Assembly (NCBI GenBank): GCA_017656145.1
Contig: JACDOI010000003.1
Coordinates: forward strand, 35,974-99,973
Length of the DNA: 64,000 bases
From: Bacillota bacterium
GTDB lineage: Bacteria > Bacillota > Limnochordia > Limnochordales > ZCTH02-B6
Reading direction: 5' to 3'
The notes beneath the pieces are model-generated. The model did no database searches and was not told the origin of the DNA. It worked only from the letters and a program-made list of their open reading frames with translations. Shown here piece by piece: positions 1 through 8,634 of this stretch. The translations under genes were made by a program, and so were the position numbers. Within the stretch, counting starts at the first letter, position 1; every line of letters starts with the position of its first letter.

Positions 1-297
1 CGCCTCGGACGGCCAATAGAGGTACAAGTACTGCATGGAGTACAAGGCGTAAAGGCCCAGTCCCGCAAGCCAAAACCGGGCGGGCATCCAGCCTATCGCG
101 CAGAACAGCATGGCTACCACGATCGCGCCCCCGATCGCATGGCCCAGATTCGTGTGAAACCGCCAGTCGCCCGGCTGGACCAGGACCGCCCACCCGACAT
201 AAAACGTCTGGAGCGCCACTATTCCCACAAGCCCCCACGACACGACCGCATGGAGTGCCCGGGCCACGCGCCGCCCGCCGCACCACAGTCGCTTCAC
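1..297 (-). CDS. Hypothetical integral membrane protein, 3' end cut by window edge
   Basis: Minus-strand frame is open from GTG (295-297) to position 1. The GTG forms a GTGA overlap with the stop of the upstream DUF4097 gene. My translation VKRLWCGGRRVARALHAVVSWGLVGIVALQTFYVGWAVLVQPGDWRFHTNLGHAIGGAIVVAMLFCAIGW... contains several hydrophobic helices. It is absent from the ORF track because there is no stop inside the window. Confidence 0.5.
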   Translation of the reverse strand, partial: MKRLWCGGRRVARALHAVVSWGLVGIVALQTFYVGWAVLVQPGDWRFHTNLGHAIGGAIVVAMLFCAIGWMPARFWLAGLGLYALYSMQYLYLYWPSEA

Positions 298-1220
298 CGG
301 CCTACCTCCCCCGTGTGGAGCTCGATGCTGCCGTTGGACGTGTTCGCCACAAGGCGCGCCGCGCCCGAACCGATTCGCCCGACCAGTCGGCCCCGGTCAA
401 CCCGGGAGGCGGTCACTTCGGCGTGGACGTTGATAGAGCCGTTGCTTGCGGACAAGTCCAGGGAGACGTCAGGCTGCGAGATGACGAGAGTCACCGAGCC
501 GTTGGATGTCCGCACAGAGTAGTCGGCCCCCGCTAAGATCCGTCCATCCAGGCGAATGGGACCGTTGGACGTCTGCACCGTGCCTGCCCCTGAAAGCCGC
601 GCGCCTTCGATGCGCACCTCACCGTTGGACGTTTCGGCGTTGACGGCACCTTCCACGCCGTTGATCCGGATCCGACCGTTGCTGGTCCGGACCGAGAGAG
701 CGCCCTGGTGGCTTTCAACGGTGATGGTTCCGTTGGACGTATGCAGGCGGAAATCGCCGCGGCTGCCCGATGAGGCGATGTTCCCGTTGGAAGTCACCAG
801 CTCGGCGCGGCCGGACCAGCGGTTTGGGACCCGAACGTGAAAGTCGACCGCCGCGTTGGCAAACAGCCAGTCAAAAGGCGACCGGGTACCGAATTCCGCC
901 CGCACGCCCCCCTCGTCCCGCGCCATGTCGATCTGGATCCGTTCGGCGACATAGTTGGACAGGCCAGGCAAGAGCGCCCAGATCCGCTTGGCAGCCCGAA
1001 TCACCACCTCGTTCCCGTCCCACGTCTCTACGGTGATCGTTCCGTTCCTGCTCAAGACCGTCAACGTCTCACCGGGGTTCAAGGGAAACGCAGCTTCGAC
1101 CTGATCCACCCGAGTGCTGCTGGAACCCATCGGAGCGGCGGCGATGACGATGCCGCCGATGATCGAGACGAGAATAACGGCCTGCAGCGCCGGGTGCAGG
1201 GACCTCCGGACCGCCGTCAT
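294..1220 (-). CDS. DUF4097-family (putative adhesin, LiaG-like) beta-repeat protein with N-terminal membrane anchor
   Basis: 308-aa ORF with an N-terminal hydrophobic helix (ALQAVILVSIIGGIVIAAA). It is followed by about 8 periodic repeats of the TSNG-x-[IV]-x-[IVL] type (TSNGNI, TSNGTITV, TSNGRIRI, TSNGEVRI, TSNGPIRL, TSNGSVTL, SNGSINV, TSNGSIEL), which is typical of DUF4097. Confidence 0.8.
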   Translation of the reverse strand: MTAVRRSLHPALQAVILVSIIGGIVIAAAPMGSSSTRVDQVEAAFPLNPGETLTVLSRNGTITVETWDGNEVVIRAAKRIWALLPGLSNYVAERIQIDMARDEGGVRAEFGTRSPFDWLFANAAVDFHVRVPNRWSGRAELVTSNGNIASSGSRGDFRLHTSNGTITVESHQGALSVRTSNGRIRINGVEGAVNAETSNGEVRIEGARLSGAGTVQTSNGPIRLDGRILAGADYSVRTSNGSVTLVISQPDVSLDLSASNGSINVHAEVTASRVDRGRLVGRIGSGAARLVANTSNGSIELHTGEVGR

Positions 1221-1606
1221 CCCTCATCACTCTCCTCGCCGCGGTTGTCCCGCACCCCTTGCCGGGCCGCCACAACGAGCGCACCGCCGACGGCCAGCGG
1301 AATAAGCCCTGCAATCAGCCACGGACCGATGCCGATGGTGGCCAGGCCCACGGTCAACGCCAAGCCGACCGCAGCCAGGATGAGCCCGGAGGTGAATCCC
1401 GCCCCCGGCATGCTGTTCGCCGTTCCCGGCTTGAGCTCGTCGGGAACGATGCCCTTTTCGATCAGGGCCAGCCTCTCTTTGTGTCTCAGGTACCGATGCA
1501 CCATCGCGTAGCCGATGGCCAGGGCGACTACCAACGCCGGCATCCCGAAAACGATACCGACAACCGCGATGGCGTGATCGCTCATCCAGCTGTCCATCAG
1601 GAGCAC
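1217..1606 (-). CDS. Small polytopic membrane protein (DUF6249-like)
   Basis: 129-aa ORF with hydrophobic helices flanking the motif HRYLRHKERLALIEKGI, which I recall from DUF6249-type proteins. It has an ATGA overlap with the downstream DUF4097 gene. Confidence 0.55.
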   Translation of the reverse strand: MLLMDSWMSDHAIAVVGIVFGMPALVVALAIGYAMVHRYLRHKERLALIEKGIVPDELKPGTANSMPGAGFTSGLILAAVGLALTVGLATIGIGPWLIAGLIPLAVGGALVVAARQGVRDNRGEESDEG

Positions 1607-1646
1607 CTCCTGCGCGTCCCGACCGCCCGGGCAGACGGAACGCCCG

Positions 1647-2348
1647 TTACGATATCTCGCGAGCTAGCACCAGGGTGGTGATGGTCGCCAAGAGCCCCAG
1701 TCCGGTCGACACGACCGTAATCAGGTACGGTTGGACCCACGGGCCTCCGAGGTCTCCAGTGGACTCCTCCCGGAAAACCCGGCCGCTGATGTCAGTCCAC
1801 GCCTTCCACCATGGGCCCCAGGAATCACGGGTTGCGGGGACCGGGATGGGCAAGTCGTCCAACGCTGGAATCGCTGCAATGAGGGCCATCCAGCTGCCGA
1901 CGGCAACAGCGATGACGATCAGCGCGGCCAGCGCCGGGCCTCGCGCCGGGCTTGCTCGCCAGAGGTTCTGTGCCGCTCGATCAGCCGGGTCGAACGGGGT
2001 AGCCTCGCCCGACCGCGGCTCTCGGGTAATGCGAGTCATGAACGACGGGAAAAGATCCGGCGGGGCCGCCGGGCACCCAAGCTCGACCAACCGGCGCTGC
2101 ACCGGCTCCCACGCGGCTTCCTCCTCCCGGCAGCGGGAACAGCGTTGCATGTGGCGGGCGGCCCACCAGGCTCTGAGTCCAGCTCGGCTCGGCATGCCGG
2201 CCGGATCTCGAGCCGGTTCCTCGCCCGGAGATTCAGCCGGTGCTCCGGCCATGGCCTCGCCCAGCGCTTGCCGGCCCGTCGCCGAAGTTGGCCGCGGAGG
2301 CGTTCCCCATCGCCGGGCGAGCCGGCACGACAGCGGGATGTCATTCAT
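1647..2348 (-). CDS. Zinc-binding (ZAS-type) anti-sigma factor, membrane anchored
   Basis: 233-aa ORF whose ATG overlaps the sigma-factor stop (ATGA at 2345-2348). It carries an H-x3-C-x2-C motif (HMQRCSRC) and C-terminal hydrophobic segments (ALAALIVIAVAVGSWMALIAAI; ITVVSTGLGLLATITTLVLA). Confidence 0.7.
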   Translation of the reverse strand: MNDIPLSCRLARRWGTPPRPTSATGRQALGEAMAGAPAESPGEEPARDPAGMPSRAGLRAWWAARHMQRCSRCREEEAAWEPVQRRLVELGCPAAPPDLFPSFMTRITREPRSGEATPFDPADRAAQNLWRASPARGPALAALIVIAVAVGSWMALIAAIPALDDLPIPVPATRDSWGPWWKAWTDISGRVFREESTGDLGGPWVQPYLITVVSTGLGLLATITTLVLAREIS

Positions 2349-2902
2349 CGTTCCCGGCCACCTCCTGCCATCCGGTCGCCATTCAGGTCCAGTTCCGCCC
2401 GCAAGGCTCTCCGGGCGCGGTACAGGTGCGTCTTCACGGTCCCCTCGGGTAGGTCGAGGATGTTCGCGATGTCTTTCACCGGCATGTCCTCCAGGTAGAA
2501 TAGCACCAACACCGCCCGGTACGGCGGCGGCAGCCGGAGCAGTGCCGCCTGCACCTCCTGCCGGGACTCCGTCCGGGCCAAACGCTCGTGAGGATCCGGG
2601 CCGGGATCCAGCACATCCGCTGCAAGCCGCACCTCATCTCGCCGTCGAGAGCGATCGAGGCACTCCCGCCAGACGATCCGGTACAACCACGTCGAAAACC
2701 GGGCCCGGCCTTGAAACCCGGCAAGCCCCCGCCACGCCTTGTACAAGGCGTCCTGTACGGCATCCTCCGCATCCTCGGCCTGCCCCAACAGCCGCAACGC
2801 GAGGCGATACGCTCGGTCCAAGCATGGGCGGATGAGCTGGCCGAAAGCCTCGGCATCCCCCCGCCGGGCCCGGACCAGCAAGTCTTCCTCGTGTGCGCGC
2901 AT
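2345..2902 (-). CDS. ECF-type RNA polymerase sigma-70 family factor
   Basis: Region 2 (DAEDAVQDALYKAWRGLAGFQGRARFSTWLYRIV) and region 4 (PPPYRAVLVLFYLEDMPVKDIANILDLPEGTVKTHLYRARRAL) are clear. I prefer the ATG at 2902 (MRAHEEDLL, preceded by GAGGGGGA) over the track start at 2971. Confidence 0.9.
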   Translation of the reverse strand: MRAHEEDLLVRARRGDAEAFGQLIRPCLDRAYRLALRLLGQAEDAEDAVQDALYKAWRGLAGFQGRARFSTWLYRIVWRECLDRSRRRDEVRLAADVLDPGPDPHERLARTESRQEVQAALLRLPPPYRAVLVLFYLEDMPVKDIANILDLPEGTVKTHLYRARRALRAELDLNGDRMAGGGRER

Positions 2903-2974
2903 CCGTTCCCCCTCGCTGACCCGGGTACCAAGGGGCCACCCGAGATTCCGACCTCCGACGGCCGCTTCCATCGG

Positions 2975-3004
2975 TTAGACCCGTCGACCACCCTGCCGGT
3001 TTCA
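2975..3004 (-). promoter_or_regulatory. Candidate ECF-type autoregulated promoter (TGAAAC ... GTCTAA)
   Basis: The minus strand reads TGAAAC-CGGCAGGGTGGTCGACGG-GTCTAA just upstream of the sigma gene. The AAC and GTC elements resemble ECF -35/-10 motifs. The 18-nt spacing is at the long end of the usual range. Confidence 0.3.
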
Positions 3005-3242
3005 ATCAGGCGCGTTTTCGACATGCGCGTAGCCCCACCGCCTGCCTCCAGCGGAGACAAGACCGACATTTCCGGCATCACCTGTCCGGGCTCCCCCATA
3101 GCGCTCAGCAGAGCCGAACTCAGCCCCTTCGGTGACAGCCCGTGTATTGGCGTCGGCCCGCCCACCAACTGGTGCAACACCGCAACGACGTCACGGCCCA
3201 AGGGCCGGTCCCGCGTGCCGTTGCCGGGGGCGAGCCCTCTTC

Positions 3243-4271
3243 CTAGTCATGTTGCGTGCCGCAGCAGCTCGATGGCGCCTTAGGCATGAGCGACCCCGTG
3301 GACAGCCGCGTGGAGCCCGTCTGGGCGGCCCCCCGGCCTGGGATGTCTTCCTGGATTCGGTCGAGGTCTCGGGGCTTGCCCCAACCGTCGCTTGCGGAAG
3401 GAAGGTTTCGCCGCAAGTATTCCTGCAGCGCCGCGGCCGCGCGCGAAAGATAGCGGCGGGAATTCCAGGCAAGGGCGATAGTGCGGAACAAGGGCGGGTC
3501 CCGCAACACGGCCCGGCAAACACCCGGCCAATCCGCAGCGGCCATCTCCGGCACAAGCGCCACCCCCAGCCCCGACTGGACGAAGCGCAACGCGGTGTCC
3601 ACGTCTGTGCCGCTCACCGCCACGCGGGGCGTAAAACCGGCCCGCCGGCAAGCGTCCAGCGTCAGGCTGCGCAAATGATACCCTTCCCGGCAAAGGATGA
3701 AGCCGTCGTGCCGCAAGTCCTCGAGCCGTATCGCCTCCTGCCCGGCCAGCGGGTGACCGCCGGGGAGAACGGCCACGATCGGTTCCTCAAACAAAGGTTC
3801 CAAGCCGATGACGCTCCCATGGGGCTCCTCCACCAACAGCGCCAGGTCCAGACGGCCTTCCTCAAGTCCCCGGGCCAGGCGGTCCGAACCGTCCTCGGTA
3901 ATGGTGAGTTCGAGGCCGGGGTACAGTTCGAAGAAACCGCTGATGAGCCGCGGGAGCAAATGCCCGCCCAGCGTCGGCGTCGTGCCCAATCGCACCCGGC
4001 CCCGCCGCAGGCGGCCCCGCTCGGCGAGTTCGGCCCGCGCGTCCTCGGCGAGCGCCACCATCTGGCGGGCGTAGGGCAAGAGCGCCTCGCCGTCCGCGGT
4101 CAGCGCCACATGGCGCTTTGACCGTTCAAACAGGGTAACGCCCAGTTCATCCTCGAGCGCCCGGATCTGTTGGCTGAGGGACGGTTGGGCGATGTGCAGG
4201 CTTTCTGCCGCCCGGGCGAAATGCAGGTGCTGGGCGAGGGCCAAGAAGTACCGGAGTTGCCGGAGTTCCAC
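3243..4271 (-). CDS. LysR-family transcriptional regulator
   Basis: Canonical LTTR N-terminus (V)ELRQLRYFLALAQHLHFARAAESLHIAQPSLSQQIRALEDELGV. The GTG at 4271 is preceded by GAGAGGGGGGTAAC, and the track start at 4364 adds an implausible extension. The gene is divergent from sdhC. Confidence 0.85.
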   Translation of the reverse strand: MELRQLRYFLALAQHLHFARAAESLHIAQPSLSQQIRALEDELGVTLFERSKRHVALTADGEALLPYARQMVALAEDARAELAERGRLRRGRVRLGTTPTLGGHLLPRLISGFFELYPGLELTITEDGSDRLARGLEEGRLDLALLVEEPHGSVIGLEPLFEEPIVAVLPGGHPLAGQEAIRLEDLRHDGFILCREGYHLRSLTLDACRRAGFTPRVAVSGTDVDTALRFVQSGLGVALVPEMAAADWPGVCRAVLRDPPLFRTIALAWNSRRYLSRAAAALQEYLRRNLPSASDGWGKPRDLDRIQEDIPGRGAAQTGSTRLSTGSLMPKAPSSCCGTQHD

Positions 4272-4431
4272 CGTTACCCCCCTCTCATCGTTATATTCTA
4301 TCACACTCATGGACACAACATATTGGACCCTATTACTAACCCGTGTTATCCTGTTCATGTACAATCCCGCTATCGTCTGACGTTGTTAGAATTTTTGCGC
4401 GCTGCGGGCGAAACCGAGCGCGGTTGGGGCG

Positions 4432-5124
4432 ATGGTGAGCATGGCAACGCGACACTGGTCTTCAACCGTGGGCAAAAAGCTGATCATGGGGCTGACCGGG
4501 CTGCTGCTGATCGGCTATTTGATCATCCATCTGACGGCCAACCTGCTTGTGTTCGCCGGAGACGGCGGGCGGCTGCTCAACCTGTACGCTCATACGCTGC
4601 ACCAGACAGGGCCGCTTCTCGTCGTGGCCCGCATTCTCTTGGCGGCCCTGTTTCTCTTTCACATCGTCTCAGGCATCCGGGTGACGCTGCAAAACCGCCG
4701 GGGCCGGACCCGGGGGTACGCCCAGTATGCCTCCAAGGGCGGGCCCAGCAAAATGACCCCGGCCTCGCGGTGGATGATCGTCACCGGGCTGATTTTGATG
4801 GTGTTCGTACCGCTGCACGTCAACATGTTCAGTTTGGGTCCGCATTACGAGACGGTGATTGACGGCCAACCCATGCGGGATCTGTACCGGCTGGTGGTGG
4901 AGCGTTTCAAGGAACCGCAGGTCGCGTTCTCCTACGCCGCCGTCATGCTGTTTCTTTGCCTGCACCTCAGCCACGGCTTCTGGAGCGCCCTGCAATCGCT
5001 GGGCGCGATGAACCGCCGCTGGACTCCATTCGCCTATACGTTCGGCGTGGTGCTCTCGATATTGCTGGCGGGCGGGTTTTTCATCCTGCCGCTGTACACG
5101 TATTTCTTCATTCCTCTGCCGTAG
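4432..5124 (+). CDS. sdhC: Succinate dehydrogenase cytochrome b558 subunit
   Basis: 230-aa polytopic membrane ORF immediately upstream of sdhA/sdhB. The N-terminus KKLIMGLTGLLLIGYLIIHLTANLL is typical of the b558 (Bacillus-type) subunit. The start could alternatively be the ATG at 4441. Confidence 0.85.
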   Translation: MVSMATRHWSSTVGKKLIMGLTGLLLIGYLIIHLTANLLVFAGDGGRLLNLYAHTLHQTGPLLVVARILLAALFLFHIVSGIRVTLQNRRGRTRGYAQYASKGGPSKMTPASRWMIVTGLILMVFVPLHVNMFSLGPHYETVIDGQPMRDLYRLVVERFKEPQVAFSYAAVMLFLCLHLSHGFWSALQSLGAMNRRWTPFAYTFGVVLSILLAGGFFILPLYTYFFIPLP

Positions 5125-5157
5125 GCCCGAAAAGGCAGTAGGTGGGAGGATGGACCG

Positions 5158-7095
5158 TTGAGCGCGAATGCTTCAACCACCGTCGTGTTGGATGCGAAGA
5201 TCCCCAAGGGACCGATAGAGGACAAGTGGTCCAACCACAAGGCATCCGTCAAGCTCGTGAGCCCCGCGAACAAGCGGAAGTACACCATCATCGTAGTGGG
5301 CACGGGGCTCGCGGGGGCGTCGGCGGCCGCGAGCTTGGCGGAACTGGGCTACAATGTGCTCAACTTCTGCATCCAGGATTCGCCCCGCCGGGCCCACAGC
5401 GTGGCGGCCCAGGGCGGGATCAACGCGGCAAAAAATTACCAGAACGACGGCGACAGCGTCTACCGGCTGTTTTACGACACCATTAAGGGCGGCGACTACC
5501 GGGCCCGGGAGGCCAACGTCTATCGCCTGGCCGAGCTTTCCGTCAACATCATCGACCAGGCCGTAGCCCAAGGGGTGCCCTTCGCCCGCGAATACGGGGG
5601 GCTGTTGGCCAACCGCTCCTTCGGCGGCGCCCAGGTGTCCCGGACGTTTTACGCCCGGGGCCAAACCGGCCAGCAGCTTCTGCTCGGGGCGTACAGCGCC
5701 CTCATGCGCCAGGTTCAGGCCGGCAAGGTCAAGTTGTACCCTCGCCGGGAGATGCTGGACCTGGTTGTCATCGACGGGCGGGCCCGGGGCATCGTCTGCC
5801 GCAACCTGGTCACCGGCGAAATCGAGAAGTACGCGGGCGACGCGGTATGCCTGGCGACGGGCGGATACTCGACGGTATTCTTCTTGTCGACCAACGCCGT
5901 CAACTCGAATGCAACCGCGGCGTGGAGATGCTACAAGAAAGGCGCGTTTTTCGCCAACCCGTGCTTTACCCAGATCCATCCGACGTGCTTGCCGCAGGCG
6001 GGTGCCGGGCAGTCCAAGCTGACCTTGATGAGCGAGAGCCTGCGCAACGACGGCCGGGTTTGGGTTCCGAAGAAGAAGGGCGATACTCGCCCGCCCGATC
6101 AGATCCCCGAGTCGGAGCGGGACTATTTCCTTGAACGCCGCTACCCAGCATTCGGGAACCTGGTTCCCCGGGACATCGCCTCGCGGGCCGCGAAGGCCGT
6201 CTGCGACGAGGGTTACGGCGTCGGCGCGACAGGCCGGGCGGTGTACTTGGACTTCTCCGACGCCATCCGGCGCTTGGGCGTCGATGTCATCCGGGAGCGG
6301 TACGGGAATTTGTTCCAGATGTACTACGAGATCACCGGTGAGGACCCGTATAAGGTTCCCATGCGCATCTACCCCGCCCCCCACTACACGATGGGCGGCT
6401 TGTGGGTGGACTACAATCTGATGACCACCATCCCGGGTTTGTACGCGCTGGGCGAGGCAAACTTTTCGGACCACGGCGCCAACCGGCTCGGCGCGAGCGC
6501 CCTCATGCAAGGGCTTGCGGACGGGTATTTCATCATCCCGGTGACCATTGGCGACTTTTTGGCCGATCACCGGCCGGACGGGCTGACTACCGACCATCCG
6601 GCGTTCGATGAGAGCGTGCGGGCCATACAGGACCAGGTGAGGCGCTTGCTGAGCATCAACGGCAAGCGGACGGTGCGGGAGTTCCACTGGGAGCTCGGCC
6701 GCATCATGTGGGACAACGTCGGCATGTCCCGCAACGAGAAGGGGCTCAAGCAAGCCATCTCCGACATCCGAGCCTTGCGGGAGGAGTTCTGGAAAGACGT
6801 CAAGGTTACCGGTTCCGCCGACGACTTCAACAAGAGTCTCGAGTTCGCCGGCCGGGTGGCGGACTTCCTGGAGCTCGGTGAGCTGATGGCCATGGACGCG
6901 CTGGACCGGGCCGAGTCGTGCGGCGGTCACTTCCGGGAGGAATACCAGACGCCCGACGGCGAGGCGCTTAGGCGGGACGACGAATTTTGCCACGTCTCGG
7001 TCTGGGAGTATCTAGGTGAGGACAACGCCGCCCGGCGGCACAAGGAACCGCTTGTGTTCGAGTATGCCAAGCCGACGCAGCGGAGCTACAAGTAG
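5158..7095 (+). CDS. sdhA: Succinate dehydrogenase / fumarate reductase flavoprotein subunit
   Basis: 645 aa with the FAD-binding N-terminus [22 protein letters not shown], the [12 protein letters not shown] motif and HYTMGG. TTG start preceded by GGGAGGA. Confidence 0.95.
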   Translation: MSANASTTVVLDAKIPKGPIEDKWSNHKASVKLVSPANKRKYTIIVVGTGLAGASAAASLAELGYNVLNFCIQDSPRRAHSVAAQGGINAAKNYQNDGDSVYRLFYDTIKGGDYRAREANVYRLAELSVNIIDQAVAQGVPFAREYGGLLANRSFGGAQVSRTFYARGQTGQQLLLGAYSALMRQVQAGKVKLYPRREMLDLVVIDGRARGIVCRNLVTGEIEKYAGDAVCLATGGYSTVFFLSTNAVNSNATAAWRCYKKGAFFANPCFTQIHPTCLPQAGAGQSKLTLMSESLRNDGRVWVPKKKGDTRPPDQIPESERDYFLERRYPAFGNLVPRDIASRAAKAVCDEGYGVGATGRAVYLDFSDAIRRLGVDVIRERYGNLFQMYYEITGEDPYKVPMRIYPAPHYTMGGLWVDYNLMTTIPGLYALGEANFSDHGANRLGASALMQGLADGYFIIPVTIGDFLADHRPDGLTTDHPAFDESVRAIQDQVRRLLSINGKRTVREFHWELGRIMWDNVGMSRNEKGLKQAISDIRALREEFWKDVKVTGSADDFNKSLEFAGRVADFLELGELMAMDALDRAESCGGHFREEYQTPDGEALRRDDEFCHVSVWEYLGEDNAARRHKEPLVFEYAKPTQRSYK

Positions 7096-7119
7096 TCGGC
7101 CGGAAAGGGCGATGGCGCG

Positions 7120-7878
7120 ATGAAGTTTCACCTGAAGATCTGGCGGCAGGCAGGACCCGATCAGCCGGGCCGCTTTGTGGATTACACCGTAGACGACATC
7201 TCTCCGGATATGTCGTTCCTTGAGATGCTGGATCAGCTCAACGAGCAGCTCGTCAAGGAGAACCAGGACCCCATTGCGTTTGACAGCGACTGCCGGGAAG
7301 GCATTTGCGGCACGTGCGGCCTCGTGATCAACGGCATGGCCCACGGGCCCAAGCTCGGCTGCACCACGTGCGAACTCAGAATGCGGCATTTCCCCGACGG
7401 CGCGACCATCACCGTCGAGCCGTTCCGGGCCGACGCGTTCCCCGTCATCAAAGATCTCGTCGTCGACCGGAGCGCTTTGGATCGCATCATCGCCGCCGGA
7501 GGGTACATTTCGGTCAACACCGGCTCCGCTCCGGACGCCAACTCCGTCCCCGTACCCAAGCACGTGGCGGAGGAGGCCATGGACGCGGCTGCCTGCATCG
7601 GTTGCGGCGCATGCGTCGCAGCATGTCCCAATGCGTCCGCATCGCTGTTCACCGCGGCGAAGATCTCGCAGCTTGCGCTGTTGCCCCAAGGTCATCCGGA
7701 GCGGGAGCGCCGGGTCATCAAGATGGTCGAGCAGATGGACCTCGAAGGTTTCGGAGCCTGCTCCAACCACGGCGAGTGCGAAGCGGCTTGCCCGAAAGGG
7801 ATCTCGATCACCAACATCGCCCGGATGCGGCGGGAGTACGTGAGAGCCATCAAAAACGGCGCAGCTGCCGCCCGTTAA
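7120..7878 (+). CDS. sdhB: Succinate dehydrogenase iron-sulfur subunit
   Basis: 252 aa with three Cys clusters ([10 protein letters not shown]; [12 protein letters not shown]; [12 protein letters not shown]) and conserved sdhCAB gene order. Confidence 0.95.
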   Translation: MKFHLKIWRQAGPDQPGRFVDYTVDDISPDMSFLEMLDQLNEQLVKENQDPIAFDSDCREGICGTCGLVINGMAHGPKLGCTTCELRMRHFPDGATITVEPFRADAFPVIKDLVVDRSALDRIIAAGGYISVNTGSAPDANSVPVPKHVAEEAMDAAACIGCGACVAACPNASASLFTAAKISQLALLPQGHPERERRVIKMVEQMDLEGFGACSNHGECEAACPKGISITNIARMRREYVRAIKNGAAAAR

Positions 7879-7904
7879 GCTTGGCGAAGCCCTTCGAGCA
7901 ACTT

Positions 7905-7930
7905 GGGGCCCCGCGACGGGGCCCTGTTTG
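7905..7930 (+). terminator. Stem-loop terminator after sdhB
   Basis: GGGCCCCG-CGA-CGGGGCCC perfect 8-bp stem followed by TGTTTG, about 27 nt after the sdhB stop. Confidence 0.6.
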
Positions 7931-8130
7931 CTCGACGGTTCCCGGCTCGCTCGTTGATCCGTTTTTCCCTCCTGCTCGTTTACCGCCCGCCGGCCGCCCG
8001 AGCCCCCACACGCGCCGCCATCGCCTCCTTGCCGAGCCTCCCGTCCACTTGCCGCGCGCTGGCCCCCGCGTGGCGAAACTACTCCCCGTTTGTCGGAATA
8101 CCTGCCTGCGGCGGCCGACGGGGCGTCGCG

Positions 8131-8186
8131 TTGACACGGCTTGACGGATAAGATATATTCGAATCGGATACCCACACCGGGTATCC
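8131..8186 (+). promoter_or_regulatory. Promoter (TTGACA-17-TATATT) plus CsoR-type operator palindrome
   Basis: TTGACA (8131-8136), a 17-nt spacer, then TATATT (8154-8159). These are followed by the inverted repeat GGATACCC-ACACC-GGGTATCC (8166-8186), which resembles known ATACCC...GGGTAT CsoR operators. Confidence 0.6.
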
Positions 8187-8258
8187 GCACGAAAAAAGCG
8201 GCTCCTGCATCCGGGCACAACAGCTGGTGGCCCAGCGATCGCCAAAAGGGTGACGGTG

Positions 8259-8537
8259 ATGAGCTCCTATGCCGACGATAAAGATGCTTTGCTGAAGCGA
8301 CTGCGGCGAATCGAAGGCCAGGTGCGGGGCATCCAGCGCATGATCGAGGACGATAAATACTGCGTTGACATCCTGGTTCAGATCGCCGCGGTTCGATCAG
8401 CGATGGATCGGGTCGGCCTCATCCTCTTGGAGAACCATACGCGCGGGTGCGTCGCTAGGGCCCTCCGGCAAGGCGGCGACGGCGGCGAGGAAGCCATCGC
8501 CGAGCTTTCCGACGTGCTCAAGCGGTTCGTCCGTTGA
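8259..8537 (+). CDS. csoR: CsoR-family copper-sensing transcriptional repressor
   Basis: LLKRLRRIEGQVRGIQRMIEDDKYCVDILVQIAAVRSAMDRVGLILLENHTRGC is the DUF156/CsoR signature with the C-H-C ligand pattern. The ATG at 8259 has better Shine-Dalgarno (SD) spacing from AAAAGGG than the track start at 8250. Confidence 0.9.
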   Translation: MSSYADDKDALLKRLRRIEGQVRGIQRMIEDDKYCVDILVQIAAVRSAMDRVGLILLENHTRGCVARALRQGGDGGEEAIAELSDVLKRFVR

Positions 8538-8634
8538 CCGGCCGCCGTTCCCGGGCCGTCCGAACCTAGGCACCGGCCGCGGGCATTCCGTTCCCGCCAC
8601 TGCCGGACATCTGCCGAGGAGGTGAGCCGATACC

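Noticed and set aside
5173-6993. 606-aa ORF antisense to sdhA
   Set aside because: It lies entirely within the confidently identified sdhA gene on the opposite strand. Its Arg/Gly/Pro/Ala-rich, low-complexity translation is typical of shadow ORFs in high-GC DNA.
7879-8130. Several 80-400-aa ORFs (e.g. 7012-8220, 7850-8245, 7903-8151) between sdhB and csoR
   Set aside because: They overlap sdhB or its terminator and have no motifs. Their Arg/Pro/Gly-rich composition indicates the region is intergenic.
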